Origin: an uncultured Bacilli bacterium
GTDB lineage: Bacteria > Bacillota_I > Bacilli_A > RF39 > UBA660
Direction of reading: 5' to 3'
Assembly (NCBI GenBank): GCA_947629475.1
Contig: CANRDV010000001.1
Location: forward strand, 1 to 58,743
Length of the DNA stretch: 58,743 nucleotides
Below are positions 38,820 through 48,158 of the stretch, one piece after another. How positions within the stretch are numbered: position 1 is the first letter of the stretch; each line of letters begins with the position of its first letter. Position numbers and translations under genes: made by a program. The notes below the pieces were generated by a model. The model was not told the origin of the DNA. It did no database searches and saw only the letters and a list, made by a program, of their open reading frames with translations.

Positions 38820-41704
38820 TTAATCTTCAATATTTTTAATACTATTTAATATTTCAATATTAGCATCAATAGGATCGGATTCTTTAGATATATCAACTTC
38901 TTTATCTTTTTTAGTTACTAAGATGCTTTCTATATCATTTTTATTATATACTTTAACAGCATTAATCATCTTTGAAGTTATATTTTCTATTTGTCTTTCA
39001 TCTATAGTATTTTTCATATATAAAAATGTTATTCTAACACCTTTAGATTTGTCGTCATCTTTATATTCACGATAAGTTTTACTAAAATATCTATCAATTC
39101 TTCCAATTCTTTGTTCCATATCACCAGGAGTCCAAGCAATTCCATAATGAATAATATGAGAACAATTTCTTTGTAAATCAATTCCTTCTTTAACAATATC
39201 AGTTGCAATCATAATATCAGGATAAAAACTTGTATTAAACCAAATACTTTTATTATAAACATTATCTCCATCATTATTACTTGAACAACCAACTATACTA
39301 TCTCTACAAAATTGTCTTTTATTTAATATATCTTGAATTTTTTTATCATCTAATTCATTATCATTCTTATAAAAATTACTATAACCTAAATGATTAAGAA
39401 GAGCATCAATATCTGGAACTTCATTATCATCAGAAGTAAAAGATTTAAAAAAATCTTGAACTCGATTATAAATCCTTTTCCAAAAATTCTTATTCTTATT
39501 TTTAACTATTTCTTTTAAGATATCTCTATAATTTATATCTTTTTTATCTTTCTCTAGTTTACAAACTAAGGCAATAAAATATAAAATACTTTCACTATTA
39601 ATAATATTACTTTTAATAATATCTTTAATAAACTCTCTTTTTAAAAACATTTCTTTTTCAAATTTAATATTTTCATTATTATACATTAATTGATTTAAAT
39701 TAAAGTATTCTTTATCCCATATAGAAGGATTATTTTTAAATAAAGTTTGTAAGTCAAATAAATCAATATTAAAATCCTTATTATGCTTTACTTCTTTACC
39801 AAAATAGAAAGATTCATATTCTTTAGGTATATATTCCCAAATTTTTCCATCCTTTGCTAATTTTTCCAATAATATTAAATTTACAACTCTTTTTCTTGTT
39901 AATCTCTTTAATTTTTTATCAGATATACTAACATCTTTATTTTTTAATTTTTCTTTTATTTCTGAGACTGTAATAGAATACTTACCTTTCTCTTTAAATT
40001 CAACTTCTAATTTATCTTCATTCTTGTTATAATTAATATCTTTAATATTAAACCCTAATAGTTTAAAATAATCTTCTTCAAATAATTCATCAAATTTATT
40101 ATAATTTAGAAATCTCTTTTTATAATTAGGTAAAATAGTGTTATTAGTAGGTTTAACTCTCAGTTCTTTTAACCATGAAGATTCATATGGTTCATTTTTT
40201 TTCTTATCATCATCTCCATAGTAATTATTTTCTAAAGAATCATCAGAAATTTCCTCATCTTCCTTATCATTTTTACCTAATAATTCATTTTCAAATTTTT
40301 CAATTGCTTTTTTTGGATCATCATCTTTAATATTAATAATTTCATCAATTAAGTCTGTTAAAGTATTATCATAATCATCAACTAAAACCTTTTCAATATC
40401 TTTAATAGTACTTTTAATTCTAACAAATATTAAAGTTTTATCTATTTTAGTATTATCATGATTTTTTTCAGAAATTATATCTTTAATTGCTCTAGGTTTT
40501 GGATGTGATAAAATATCATTTGCTTTATTCTTAAATTTGTTTTCTAAATCTTCTTTAAAATAATCAATTAGATAAGTATCAATTTTATCTTTACTATCAG
40601 GACTAAGTTCATCTTCATTAGGAATTTCATCTTTATTATTATTTAAGGTATCTTTATAAAAACGTTCAAATCCATCAAGAGAACCAATTCTAAAAATATA
40701 ACCATTTTGAGCAATTTCATTTTTTTGAATTAAAGCCATAGTTAAACCTTCATGAAACGTCATTTCTGATTCTGTAGTTTCATATTCACGATAATAAAAC
40801 TTACTGTGATTATTATAGATTCTATTTCTTTTAATAATATTTATATAATTATTTAGATTCTTTTTTGTTAAATCTTCTTTCTTATTAAGAATATTAATCT
40901 TTTTCTCTTTCTTAATTACAAAAGACATTTGATTAAAAACATCTTTTTCTGAATTATGATAAGGAGTAGCTGTTAGAAATAAAGTTTTTTTAAACTTCAT
41001 TTTATCATTATCAGATTCATTATTTTTATAATATAATCCAAAGAAAGCAGAAAAACATTCAGCTTTTTTAGAATCAGTTTTTCTTATATTTTGAGATTCA
41101 TCAATTATAACTAAATCAAATTCAGGTAATTCATTATTTAGTTTAAGTAATTCATTACATAAAGCCCTTAGATAGTTATCATATTCTTTAGAATTATTTT
41201 TATCATAACTTGGTAATTTAACATTAAGACCTATTTTACTAAAATTATTCTCACTTATAAAACTAAAACTATTTATTCTTATAATAGAGATTACATGTTT
41301 ATTTTTAAATTCATTTTTAAGTTCAATTAATTTTAAAGGATTATTAATTAAATCTTCATTATAATCATTATAGAGAATAACATCATCAATACTTTTTTTA
41401 AACAATTATTAGTAAACTTTCTATATTCTTTATCTATCCATTTTTTAGCAACATAATAATTAGGAGCAATTATTAAAATATTACTTTTTTGTTTCTTATT
41501 TATAATATTTCTATAAAAAGCTAATCCTAATCCTTCATAAGTTTTACCTAAACCAACATCATCAGCAATCATAAGAGTCTTATTAGATTCTAAAATACGA
41601 TTAGCCATTAAAATACCTTCTTCTTGAATCTTAGCCATATCGTTATTACCTAAATCAATATATTTTCTAAAGTCTTCTATATCATTCTCTTTTATTGTTT
41701 TCAT
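38820..41704 (-). CDS. SNF2/SF2-family helicase (about 960 aa if fused), interrupted by a frame change in an A7 run
   Basis: ORFs 41348..41710 and 38820..41405. Motif I ADDVGLGKT, Ia IIAPNYY, II VIIDESQ, III LTATP, IV TLIFVR, V IATDIVKEGIDLQ, VI GDMEQRIGRIDR. GGAGG RBS before the ATG at 41704. Confidence 0.75.
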
Positions 41705-43406
41705 AGTCAACCTCCAGATTATCCAAATAAATATCTAATAATTCTTTGGCTTTTTTTTCTTTTAACTTAAATTCATCTTTAAGTTTTGAAATAGCTTCTT
41801 TTTTTAATTCCTCAAATACTTTATTAAATTCATCATACTTAATAATATATTTATTTAAGATAATTTCAATTTCTTTAGCAGTTAATAAAAAGTATAATAA
41901 ATTTTTATCTTCAAAATTATTCTTATATTCCGAAACAAAAGAATCTGTAAAATTATCAAATTTTCTATCATAAATAGTTAAAGGTTTATTCTCTTCTTTT
42001 TTTAAATTTTCAGTTATTTTATTATAAGTAACATATATATTAGCAATATCATATTTATCTTTTTCATAACTCTTTTTAGAATCAGTTTCCTTTTCTTCGT
42101 AAGTTTCTAGTCGAAGTTTATGTTTATTAGTTTTAACAAATTCTAAAAAATCGAAATAATTGGCAGTTATAGTTAATATATTAAAATTATCAGGAAGATT
42201 TTTAATATAGAAAGTTCCATAGGCTTTATATTTATTGTCTATTTCAAGACAAAAAAATCTGTTTAATAATATCTGATTAAAAATATCATCATTTAAGTTA
42301 CAACTAAATTTATTAGATTCATTTTTAGTTAAAGTTAATTCATAAGTCAAAAGTTTTACATTTTGATAATTTTTTTCTAAAGTAATTGTAACTTCATTTG
42401 TATTATAATCTAATATAGCATCTTCAATTTTAATTGTAGAACTATCCTTATCTTCATCTTCCGTTTCAACATTTTCCTGATATTCATATTCTGTTTTATT
42501 TTTATATAATTCTTTAAACCAATTCTTAAAGTTTTCTATTGTTTTAGTATCTTTTATAATTAAAGATGCTTCAACGTTTTTATTATTTATAGCTTTATTA
42601 GTAAAATTATGAGAACCAACTATTACTTTATCATCCATAATATAAACTTTAGCATGAATAAATTCTTTATCATTATTAAGAACAAATAATTTTTTTAAAG
42701 AGGAATCATATTTATTACCATCACTAAAACCACTTTTACTAGTTAATAAAATTTCCGCATCTTTAAACTTTTCATTTGTAAGCATATCATTAGTTATAAA
42801 AGGAGTGACTATTTTTAAATTATTATTATTAATTTTATCTAAAAAGTTTTTTTCATCATTTAAACCAGTTAGAATTAATTTATCATTTAATTTACCATTA
42901 TTAGCTAAATTTTCAATAATTTGCCATATATCATTAGAATTTTTTATGATTTCTTCAATTATATTTTTTTTATCAATAGTAAGAATACCTAGAACTTCTT
43001 TATTAATACCATAACTACTTGTTGTTAAATTAGCAGATGATACCAATAAAGTTAAAATATCTTTTTTCTTTTTTTTACCTATAATTATAATTAACTTAGG
43101 ATGAAATACCCCATTTGCTTTAACTTGTTTTATTTGGTAATTACCAATTTTTTCATAATCACCTAAATAATTATCACAAAAGACATTTATTTTAGTATTT
43201 TTTTCATGTAGTTTATTAGTAAGAGCCTCAACAATAAAAAATTCTTGATTTCTAATTCCTTTATGAATTTCTATATCAAATAAATAGGGTAGCAATTTTG
43301 TTTCAAAGAAAGGGATATCTAAACTATAAGTTGTAAAAATTAAATTACTTATAGTATCATATTCATCTATTTTTTCTTTAATTTTATCTTTTAATTTTAT
43401 TTCCAT
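41682..43406 (-). CDS. Phospholipase-D superfamily (tandem HKD) nuclease-like protein with about 300-aa unknown C-terminal region
   Basis: HKD-1 FHPKLIIIIG..LLVSSANLT lacks the Asp. HKD-2 IHAKVYIMDDKVIVGSHNFT is canonical HxK(x)4D(x)6GSxN. Overlaps both neighbouring genes. Confidence 0.8.
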   Translation of the reverse strand: MEIKLKDKIKEKIDEYDTISNLIFTTYSLDIPFFETKLLPYLFDIEIHKGIRNQEFFIVEALTNKLHEKNTKINVFCDNYLGDYEKIGNYQIKQVKANGVFHPKLIIIIGKKKKKDILTLLVSSANLTTSSYGINKEVLGILTIDKKNIIEEIIKNSNDIWQIIENLANNGKLNDKLILTGLNDEKNFLDKINNNNLKIVTPFITNDMLTNEKFKDAEILLTSKSGFSDGNKYDSSLKKLFVLNNDKEFIHAKVYIMDDKVIVGSHNFTNKAINNKNVEASLIIKDTKTIENFKNWFKELYKNKTEYEYQENVETEDEDKDSSTIKIEDAILDYNTNEVTITLEKNYQNVKLLTYELTLTKNESNKFSCNLNDDIFNQILLNRFFCLEIDNKYKAYGTFYIKNLPDNFNILTITANYFDFLEFVKTNKHKLRLETYEEKETDSKKSYEKDKYDIANIYVTYNKITENLKKEENKPLTIYDRKFDNFTDSFVSEYKNNFEDKNLLYFLLTAKEIEIILNKYIIKYDEFNKVFEELKKEAISKLKDEFKLKEKKAKELLDIYLDNLEVDYENNKRE

Positions 43407-44563
43407 GAATCCATACTCCTTATAAGACTTTGAACAGCATCAAGATAATATAAATGACTAAATTCTGATTCTGGTTCTATAATATCTCGTTTTGCTGTAT
43501 GAATAATATAATATTTATTATTAATTTTTTTAATCCAAGGATTTGATTTATCTTCTGTTATAATCTTGATATGATCATCTATAAGAGCATGAATTATTTC
43601 AGTATTAGATTTTCTAATATTATCTCTTAAATTAGGATAATAATCTTCTTTAAAGAAAAAATCTAATTTATTTTTATTATAATAATCTTTTAATTCATCA
43701 ACCATTTTATTTAATTCGTTATTATTTTCTAAGTTATTTAAATTATCTTGTTTAAGGAGAGTATAAAAAATATTATTTAAATAAGTTAAAAAAGGTTCTA
43801 ATGCTAAAATATTTTTAATTGTTTCATTTGAGTTATTATTAGAAAAAATTTCTTTTATATTTAAACTATTATCATTTTTTAGAATTTCATAAATATTATT
43901 AAGATATTTTTCTTCTTTACTTATTATTCCTAATGTGTTTAAATATTTCTCTTTTTGATTATCCTTAACTTGTAAAATATTTATTATTGTATTTTTAATA
44001 TCATCTTTTATATCTTTATAGTGTATTACATTATTATTTTTTAAAATATCAAAAAAAGAGTCTATTAATTTTTGTTTATCATAAGAATTATTAAAAGTTA
44101 TATCTAAAATTTTATCTTTTAATTTTTCTGTTTTTGAGTTATATCTTCCTATATAACCTGAACTTTCTTGACCAACTAAAATTTCTTTTTCAGCTGATAT
44201 AATGGGATTATTGTTCTTGGCAGTTGTATAAAGTTTCATTCCGTTATTATCGCCTAAGAATTTTATATTTTTATTTTTTTTAATATTATACTCAACTAAT
44301 ATATATATAATAATCATTTCATATTTTATTTTAATATCGTTTTTTTCTTTGGGTGTAAATGCAATATTATTATATTTTTCTAATTTATCGATTACTTTAA
44401 GTCCAAGTGCAGTTATAATAAATCCTTTTATATCATCAGTTACTGAAGTAATATTAGGATAAAGTTTTCTAGCAAGATTTGACCAAATTGATTGTTGTCT
44501 TAAAGGGTCTCTTTGAATATTTCTTTCAATATCTGTGTCTTTTATAGTTAAAAATGCTTCCAT
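43397..44563 (-). CDS. Hypothetical protein (388 aa), first gene of the PLD-helicase operon
   Basis: AGGAGAA RBS. 10-nt overlap with the PLD gene. No motif recognised. Confidence 0.65.
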   Translation of the reverse strand: MEAFLTIKDTDIERNIQRDPLRQQSIWSNLARKLYPNITSVTDDIKGFIITALGLKVIDKLEKYNNIAFTPKEKNDIKIKYEMIIIYILVEYNIKKNKNIKFLGDNNGMKLYTTAKNNNPIISAEKEILVGQESSGYIGRYNSKTEKLKDKILDITFNNSYDKQKLIDSFFDILKNNNVIHYKDIKDDIKNTIINILQVKDNQKEKYLNTLGIISKEEKYLNNIYEILKNDNSLNIKEIFSNNNSNETIKNILALEPFLTYLNNIFYTLLKQDNLNNLENNNELNKMVDELKDYYNKNKLDFFFKEDYYPNLRDNIRKSNTEIIHALIDDHIKIITEDKSNPWIKKINNKYYIIHTAKRDIIEPESEFSHLYYLDAVQSLIRSMDSWK

Positions 44564-44586
44564 ATTTTTCTCCTATCTTTATAAAT

Positions 44587-44615
44587 ATTTTATCATATTG
44601 TTTATAATAGGTCAA
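44587..44615 (-). promoter_or_regulatory. Sigma-A type promoter of the three-gene operon
   Basis: On the minus strand: TTGACC, 17-nt spacer, TAAAAT, about 25 nt upstream of the RBS. Confidence 0.5.
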
Positions 44616-44619
44616 AAGA

Positions 44620-44642
44620 AAATTAGGATTAGTTCCTAATTT
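44620..44642. promoter_or_regulatory. Inverted repeat abutting the -35 (candidate operator)
   Basis: AAATTAGGA-ttagt-TCCTAATTT, perfect 9-bp arms. Confidence 0.35.
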
Positions 44643-44675
44643 AGTATCATTACTTGAAAACAAATTTATTATATT

Positions 44676-44800
44676 AAAAGAGGACCTAAATTAAGTCCTC
44701 TTGGTAGCAGCCTGACAATCTCAAGCAAAATAACCTTCTATTTTTCGGAACATATTAATATGACCGCCGAAACTAGGCTGGGGCTACCATCTCCCGTTTG
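44676..44800 (-). ncRNA. Candidate about 125-nt structured RNA, copy B, immediately downstream of fhs
   Basis: Promoter TTGATA-17-TATAAT (44835..44807). Closing helix GGUAGC/GCUACC plus AGCCU/AGGCU. Internal hairpin UUUCGG..CCGAAA. Terminator hairpin 44678-44702 followed by a U-tract. Confidence 0.4.
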
Positions 44801-45001
44801 TATATAATTATATACTATATTAAACCAATTATCAATAGATTATGCTAAAATATTCCAAGTATTTCATCATCTTTAACATCAATGTTTAGATAATTAGCAT
44901 TATTAGATAAACCTGGCATTCTAACAACACCACCCATTAATATGGTTATAAATCCAGCTCCATTATTTATTTTATAACCTGTAACAGTCATGGTAAAATC
45001 T
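44677..45001. repeat. Repeat R1, copy b (325 bp)
   Basis: See 38216..38540. Confidence 0.9.
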
Positions 45002-46428
45002 TTTGGATAACCTAAAATATCTTTATTATCAGTAATTGATGCAGGAGTTTTTGAGATACATATTTTATAATGTTGATATTTTTTATCAAGATTTTTTAAT
45101 TCTTTATCAAGATTATCTTTATAAACTACCTTACTTGCACCATAGATATCTTTGGCAAACTTATCAACTTTAGTTAAGATATCATCATTTAGATTATATA
45201 TTTCATATTGTTTAGTATTACCTTTATTAGCAAGTTCTACAACTTTGAGAGCAATTTCTTTAGTACCGCGACTTCCATTTTTATACATATTACTAATTAA
45301 TACTTCAACATTTAAATTATGACAATAATCCTTTAATATATTAATTTCTTCTTTAGTATCACTTTCAAATTTATTTAAGATAACTAAAACATTATCATTA
45401 AACTTTTGCATATTTAAAATATGAAACTTTAAGTTTTCAATTCCTCGAGTTAAGTCGCCATTTCCATGATATTTTAAACTTCTAATGGTTGCATTGATAA
45501 CTACTAAATCAGGGTATAAATTATTTAGGGAACATTTAATATCAAAGAATTTAACAGCACCCATATCACTTCCGAAGCCTGCTTCTGTTATTACATAATC
45601 TGATAAACTTAAAGCAGTCTTGGTGGCAACCACGGAATTACAACCATGAGCAATATTGGCAAAAGGTCCTCCATGAATAATCGCAGGATTATTTTCTAAA
45701 GTTTGAACTAAGTTAGGTTTAAAAGCATCTTTAAGTAAAGCAAGAACAGCACCAGTTCCTTTTAAATCTTTTAAATAGATTTCTTTTCCTTTTGAGTTTC
45801 TTCCTATTAAAATATTGTCTAGTTTATTTCTTAAATCATCAATGTCTTTAGCTAAAGTAAAGATTGCCATGATTTCTGATGCAGCCGTTATGGTAAAGCT
45901 TTCTTTTCTTGTTCCAAGGTCAATATGTCTTAAAGCTCTATCATTTACATCTAAACATCTTTCAAAGTAAACTTCTTCTATATCTAACTTATTTCCTTGA
46001 TAAATATGATTATCAATTATAGCAGAAATTAAATTATTAGCAGATGTAATTGCATGAAAATCTCCTGTAAAATGTAAATTAATATCATTCATTGGAGCAA
46101 CTTGACTTTTTCCTCCTCCAGCAGCCCCGCCCTTTGTTCCAAACACAGGTCCAAGCGATGGTTCTCTTAAAGCAACAACTGCTTTGTATCCATTTCTATT
46201 TAAAGCATCGTTTAACCCAACAGCAAGAGTAGTCTTTCCTTCTCCATAAGGAGTAGGATTAGTAGAGGTTACTAAAATTAACTTACCTTTTTTCTTTTTA
46301 TCTAGTGCTGGAATCTTAGCCATATATTTACCATATGGAATAAGATTATCTTCCTTAATATTAATTTTACTTGCAACTTCTTTAATAGGTTTAAGTTTAG
46401 CCTTTTTACTTATTTCATAATCTGTCAT
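44845..46428 (-). CDS. fhs: Formate--tetrahydrofolate ligase
   Basis: TPYGEGKTT P-loop. EPSLGPVFGTKGGAAGGG motif. Start moved to the ATG after AGGTGG. Confidence 0.95.
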   Translation of the reverse strand: MTDYEISKKAKLKPIKEVASKINIKEDNLIPYGKYMAKIPALDKKKKGKLILVTSTNPTPYGEGKTTLAVGLNDALNRNGYKAVVALREPSLGPVFGTKGGAAGGGKSQVAPMNDINLHFTGDFHAITSANNLISAIIDNHIYQGNKLDIEEVYFERCLDVNDRALRHIDLGTRKESFTITAASEIMAIFTLAKDIDDLRNKLDNILIGRNSKGKEIYLKDLKGTGAVLALLKDAFKPNLVQTLENNPAIIHGGPFANIAHGCNSVVATKTALSLSDYVITEAGFGSDMGAVKFFDIKCSLNNLYPDLVVINATIRSLKYHGNGDLTRGIENLKFHILNMQKFNDNVLVILNKFESDTKEEINILKDYCHNLNVEVLISNMYKNGSRGTKEIALKVVELANKGNTKQYEIYNLNDDILTKVDKFAKDIYGASKVVYKDNLDKELKNLDKKYQHYKICISKTPASITDNKDILGYPKDFTMTVTGYKINNGAGFITILMGGVVRMPGLSNNANYLNIDVKDDEILGIF

Positions 46429-46526
46429 TTTTACCACCTACTTAAATTATAACAAATATATATTTATTTTTAAATATATTTGTCAATTAATTTACTTAAA
46501 ATTAAAAAGTAAAATAGTTTCCTAAA

Positions 46527-46814
46527 TTACTTTCTTTTAAATTTAGTATCTTCTTTAAAAGAACTATTTGTAAATATTCCAGTAGGAGCTTTTTCAAAAA
46601 TTAATTTAATATCTTTAATTTTCATTTTAAAGTAAGGTGGTTCAAAATCAAAATCTTTATATTTTGTAATTTTGATAATATTTTTAAATAAAAACTTAAG
46701 GTTATCATCAAGTAAGTTTTCTTCTTCATAATATGAATACATATAAAGAAGTAGGGAAGTTTTAACTAGTAAAATATCATCATCTTTTAAAGTTCTTATA
46801 TAATTATAATCCAT
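46527..46814 (-). CDS. Hypothetical protein (about 95 aa)
   Basis: ORF 46527..46856. The ATG lies 1 nt after the HIT gene stop and is preceded by AAGGA. Confidence 0.45.
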   Translation of the reverse strand: MDYNYIRTLKDDDILLVKTSLLLYMYSYYEEENLLDDNLKFLFKNIIKITKYKDFDFEPPYFKMKIKDIKLIFEKAPTGIFTNSSFKEDTKFKRK

Positions 46815-46815
46815 A

Positions 46816-47187
46816 TTAATAATCCTTTTTATCAGGGATAACCCCACGAATTCCACCTTTTGGGTCTAATACATCTCCATTATATCTTGGAATTAAATGT
46901 AAATGCATATGATTAACAGTTTGACCAGCAGCATGACCTATATTACAACCAATATTATAACCATCTGGCTTAAATTCATTATCAATTAATCTTTTAGCAT
47001 CATCTACTAAATTAAAAATAGCAGTTCTTTCATCTTCAGTAATATCAAAAAAGTCATCAGCATGTCTTTTAGTAATAAATAACATATGTCCTTTAGAAAC
47101 TGGAAATTCATCATAGAAAGCATAAGCTAAATCATTTTCTAATACAGGTTCTATATTTTCAATCTTATAACAAAATGGACAATCCAT
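46816..47187 (-). CDS. HIT family hydrolase
   Basis: Histidine triad NHMHLHLIPR. Confidence 0.9.
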   Translation of the reverse strand: MDCPFCYKIENIEPVLENDLAYAFYDEFPVSKGHMLFITKRHADDFFDITEDERTAIFNLVDDAKRLIDNEFKPDGYNIGCNIGHAAGQTVNHMHLHLIPRYNGDVLDPKGGIRGVIPDKKDY

Positions 47188-47302
47188 AATATCACTCCTT
47201 TATTTAATTTTAACATTATTTTAGTTTAAAAACAAGGAGAAAAAGAAAATCTTGCATTTTTGATATTTTTGTGATATAATATGTACTCGAAAAGAGGGCT
47301 AT

Positions 47303-48034
47303 ATGGAAAAGAAAAGAAAATTAAGAAAAAGAAAATCACCAAGACATTATATATTAGGAGGAGTTGTTTGGGCTCTTGTTGGTTCAATTGCTGGAACTGC
47401 TACATACGCTCATTTGACAAAAAACGACAGTCAAGTAAGCACTGTAAATGATATGACAACAGAGTGTAAAATACCATGTAAACATTTACACTGCTATATG
47501 AATAAGGATGGCTATGTTACTTATCTTCCAAGAGAAGAGAAAGAAATAAATGGTTTTATAAAACAAGATATTATAAAACAAGTCTTTTTTGATAGTGATA
47601 TTGAGTTTGCGAATAAATTATTTGAAAACGGCTTTGTTGTTGCTGAGGATAATAGACCTTTAATTGAATATATTGAAGGTACAACTTGGGAAAGTAAATT
47701 AGATGGTTATGATGATGCGGGTAATCCAATTTATAAATGTGCTGGCTTTTATGCATTTCAATATAATTCAGATACTGATACTTTTGTAAGAAGTGATTAT
47801 ACTGCTTCTGTTTTCAATATAAATGAAGAATATCCTTATATTAAAATTAATGGTTTATACGATATGATATCAGAAGATAAATTAAATGAAGATTTTCAAA
47901 GTTTCTTTGAAGATGATGGAGGAGATGTCTTTGATAACTATGATGAGTGGTTTGGAGACGAATCTGATAATCAAGAAATGATTTTATCTGTAAAACATAA
48001 TAAACAAAAGACAATTGGAGCAAGAAATTGCTAA
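47303..48034 (+). CDS. Hypothetical membrane-anchored protein (243 aa)
   Basis: Basic N-terminus, one TM helix, and an acidic C-terminal region. Confidence 0.55.
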   Translation: MEKKRKLRKRKSPRHYILGGVVWALVGSIAGTATYAHLTKNDSQVSTVNDMTTECKIPCKHLHCYMNKDGYVTYLPREEKEINGFIKQDIIKQVFFDSDIEFANKLFENGFVVAEDNRPLIEYIEGTTWESKLDGYDDAGNPIYKCAGFYAFQYNSDTDTFVRSDYTASVFNINEEYPYIKINGLYDMISEDKLNEDFQSFFEDDGGDVFDNYDEWFGDESDNQEMILSVKHNKQKTIGARNC

Positions 48035-48158
48035 AATTGTCTTTTTAAGAAAATAAACAATATAATAACATATCTATTTAAAAAAATAGAATTTATTTAG
48101 AAAACATCTTTATTTTTTAAATAATTTAGTGTATAATCGTATTATAAGTGAGGTAGAT

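Noticed and set aside
41746-43014. Plus-strand ORFs 41746..41973 and 42805..43014 inside the PLD gene, considered as possible small immunity or antitoxin genes of the candidate system.
   Set aside because: They are antisense to a strongly supported gene, have no RBS or promoter, and show shadow-frame composition.
38820-44563. Considered calling the PLD + SNF2 locus a DISARM system.
   Set aside because: DISARM requires DrmA (helicase), DrmB (DUF1998) and a methyltransferase in addition to DrmC, with or without DrmD. None of these is present in or next to the locus. The PLD protein is a 574-aa tandem-HKD protein rather than a short single-HKD DrmC.
44676-44800. Considered whether the structured RNA downstream of fhs is the 4.5S/SRP RNA, because of a long closing helix and GUCAGG / AGCAGC-like strings.
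   Set aside because: GUCAGG and the AGCAGC-like string lie on opposite strands. There is no GGAA tetraloop or domain IV loop arrangement. The fold is a branched structure rather than one long hairpin.
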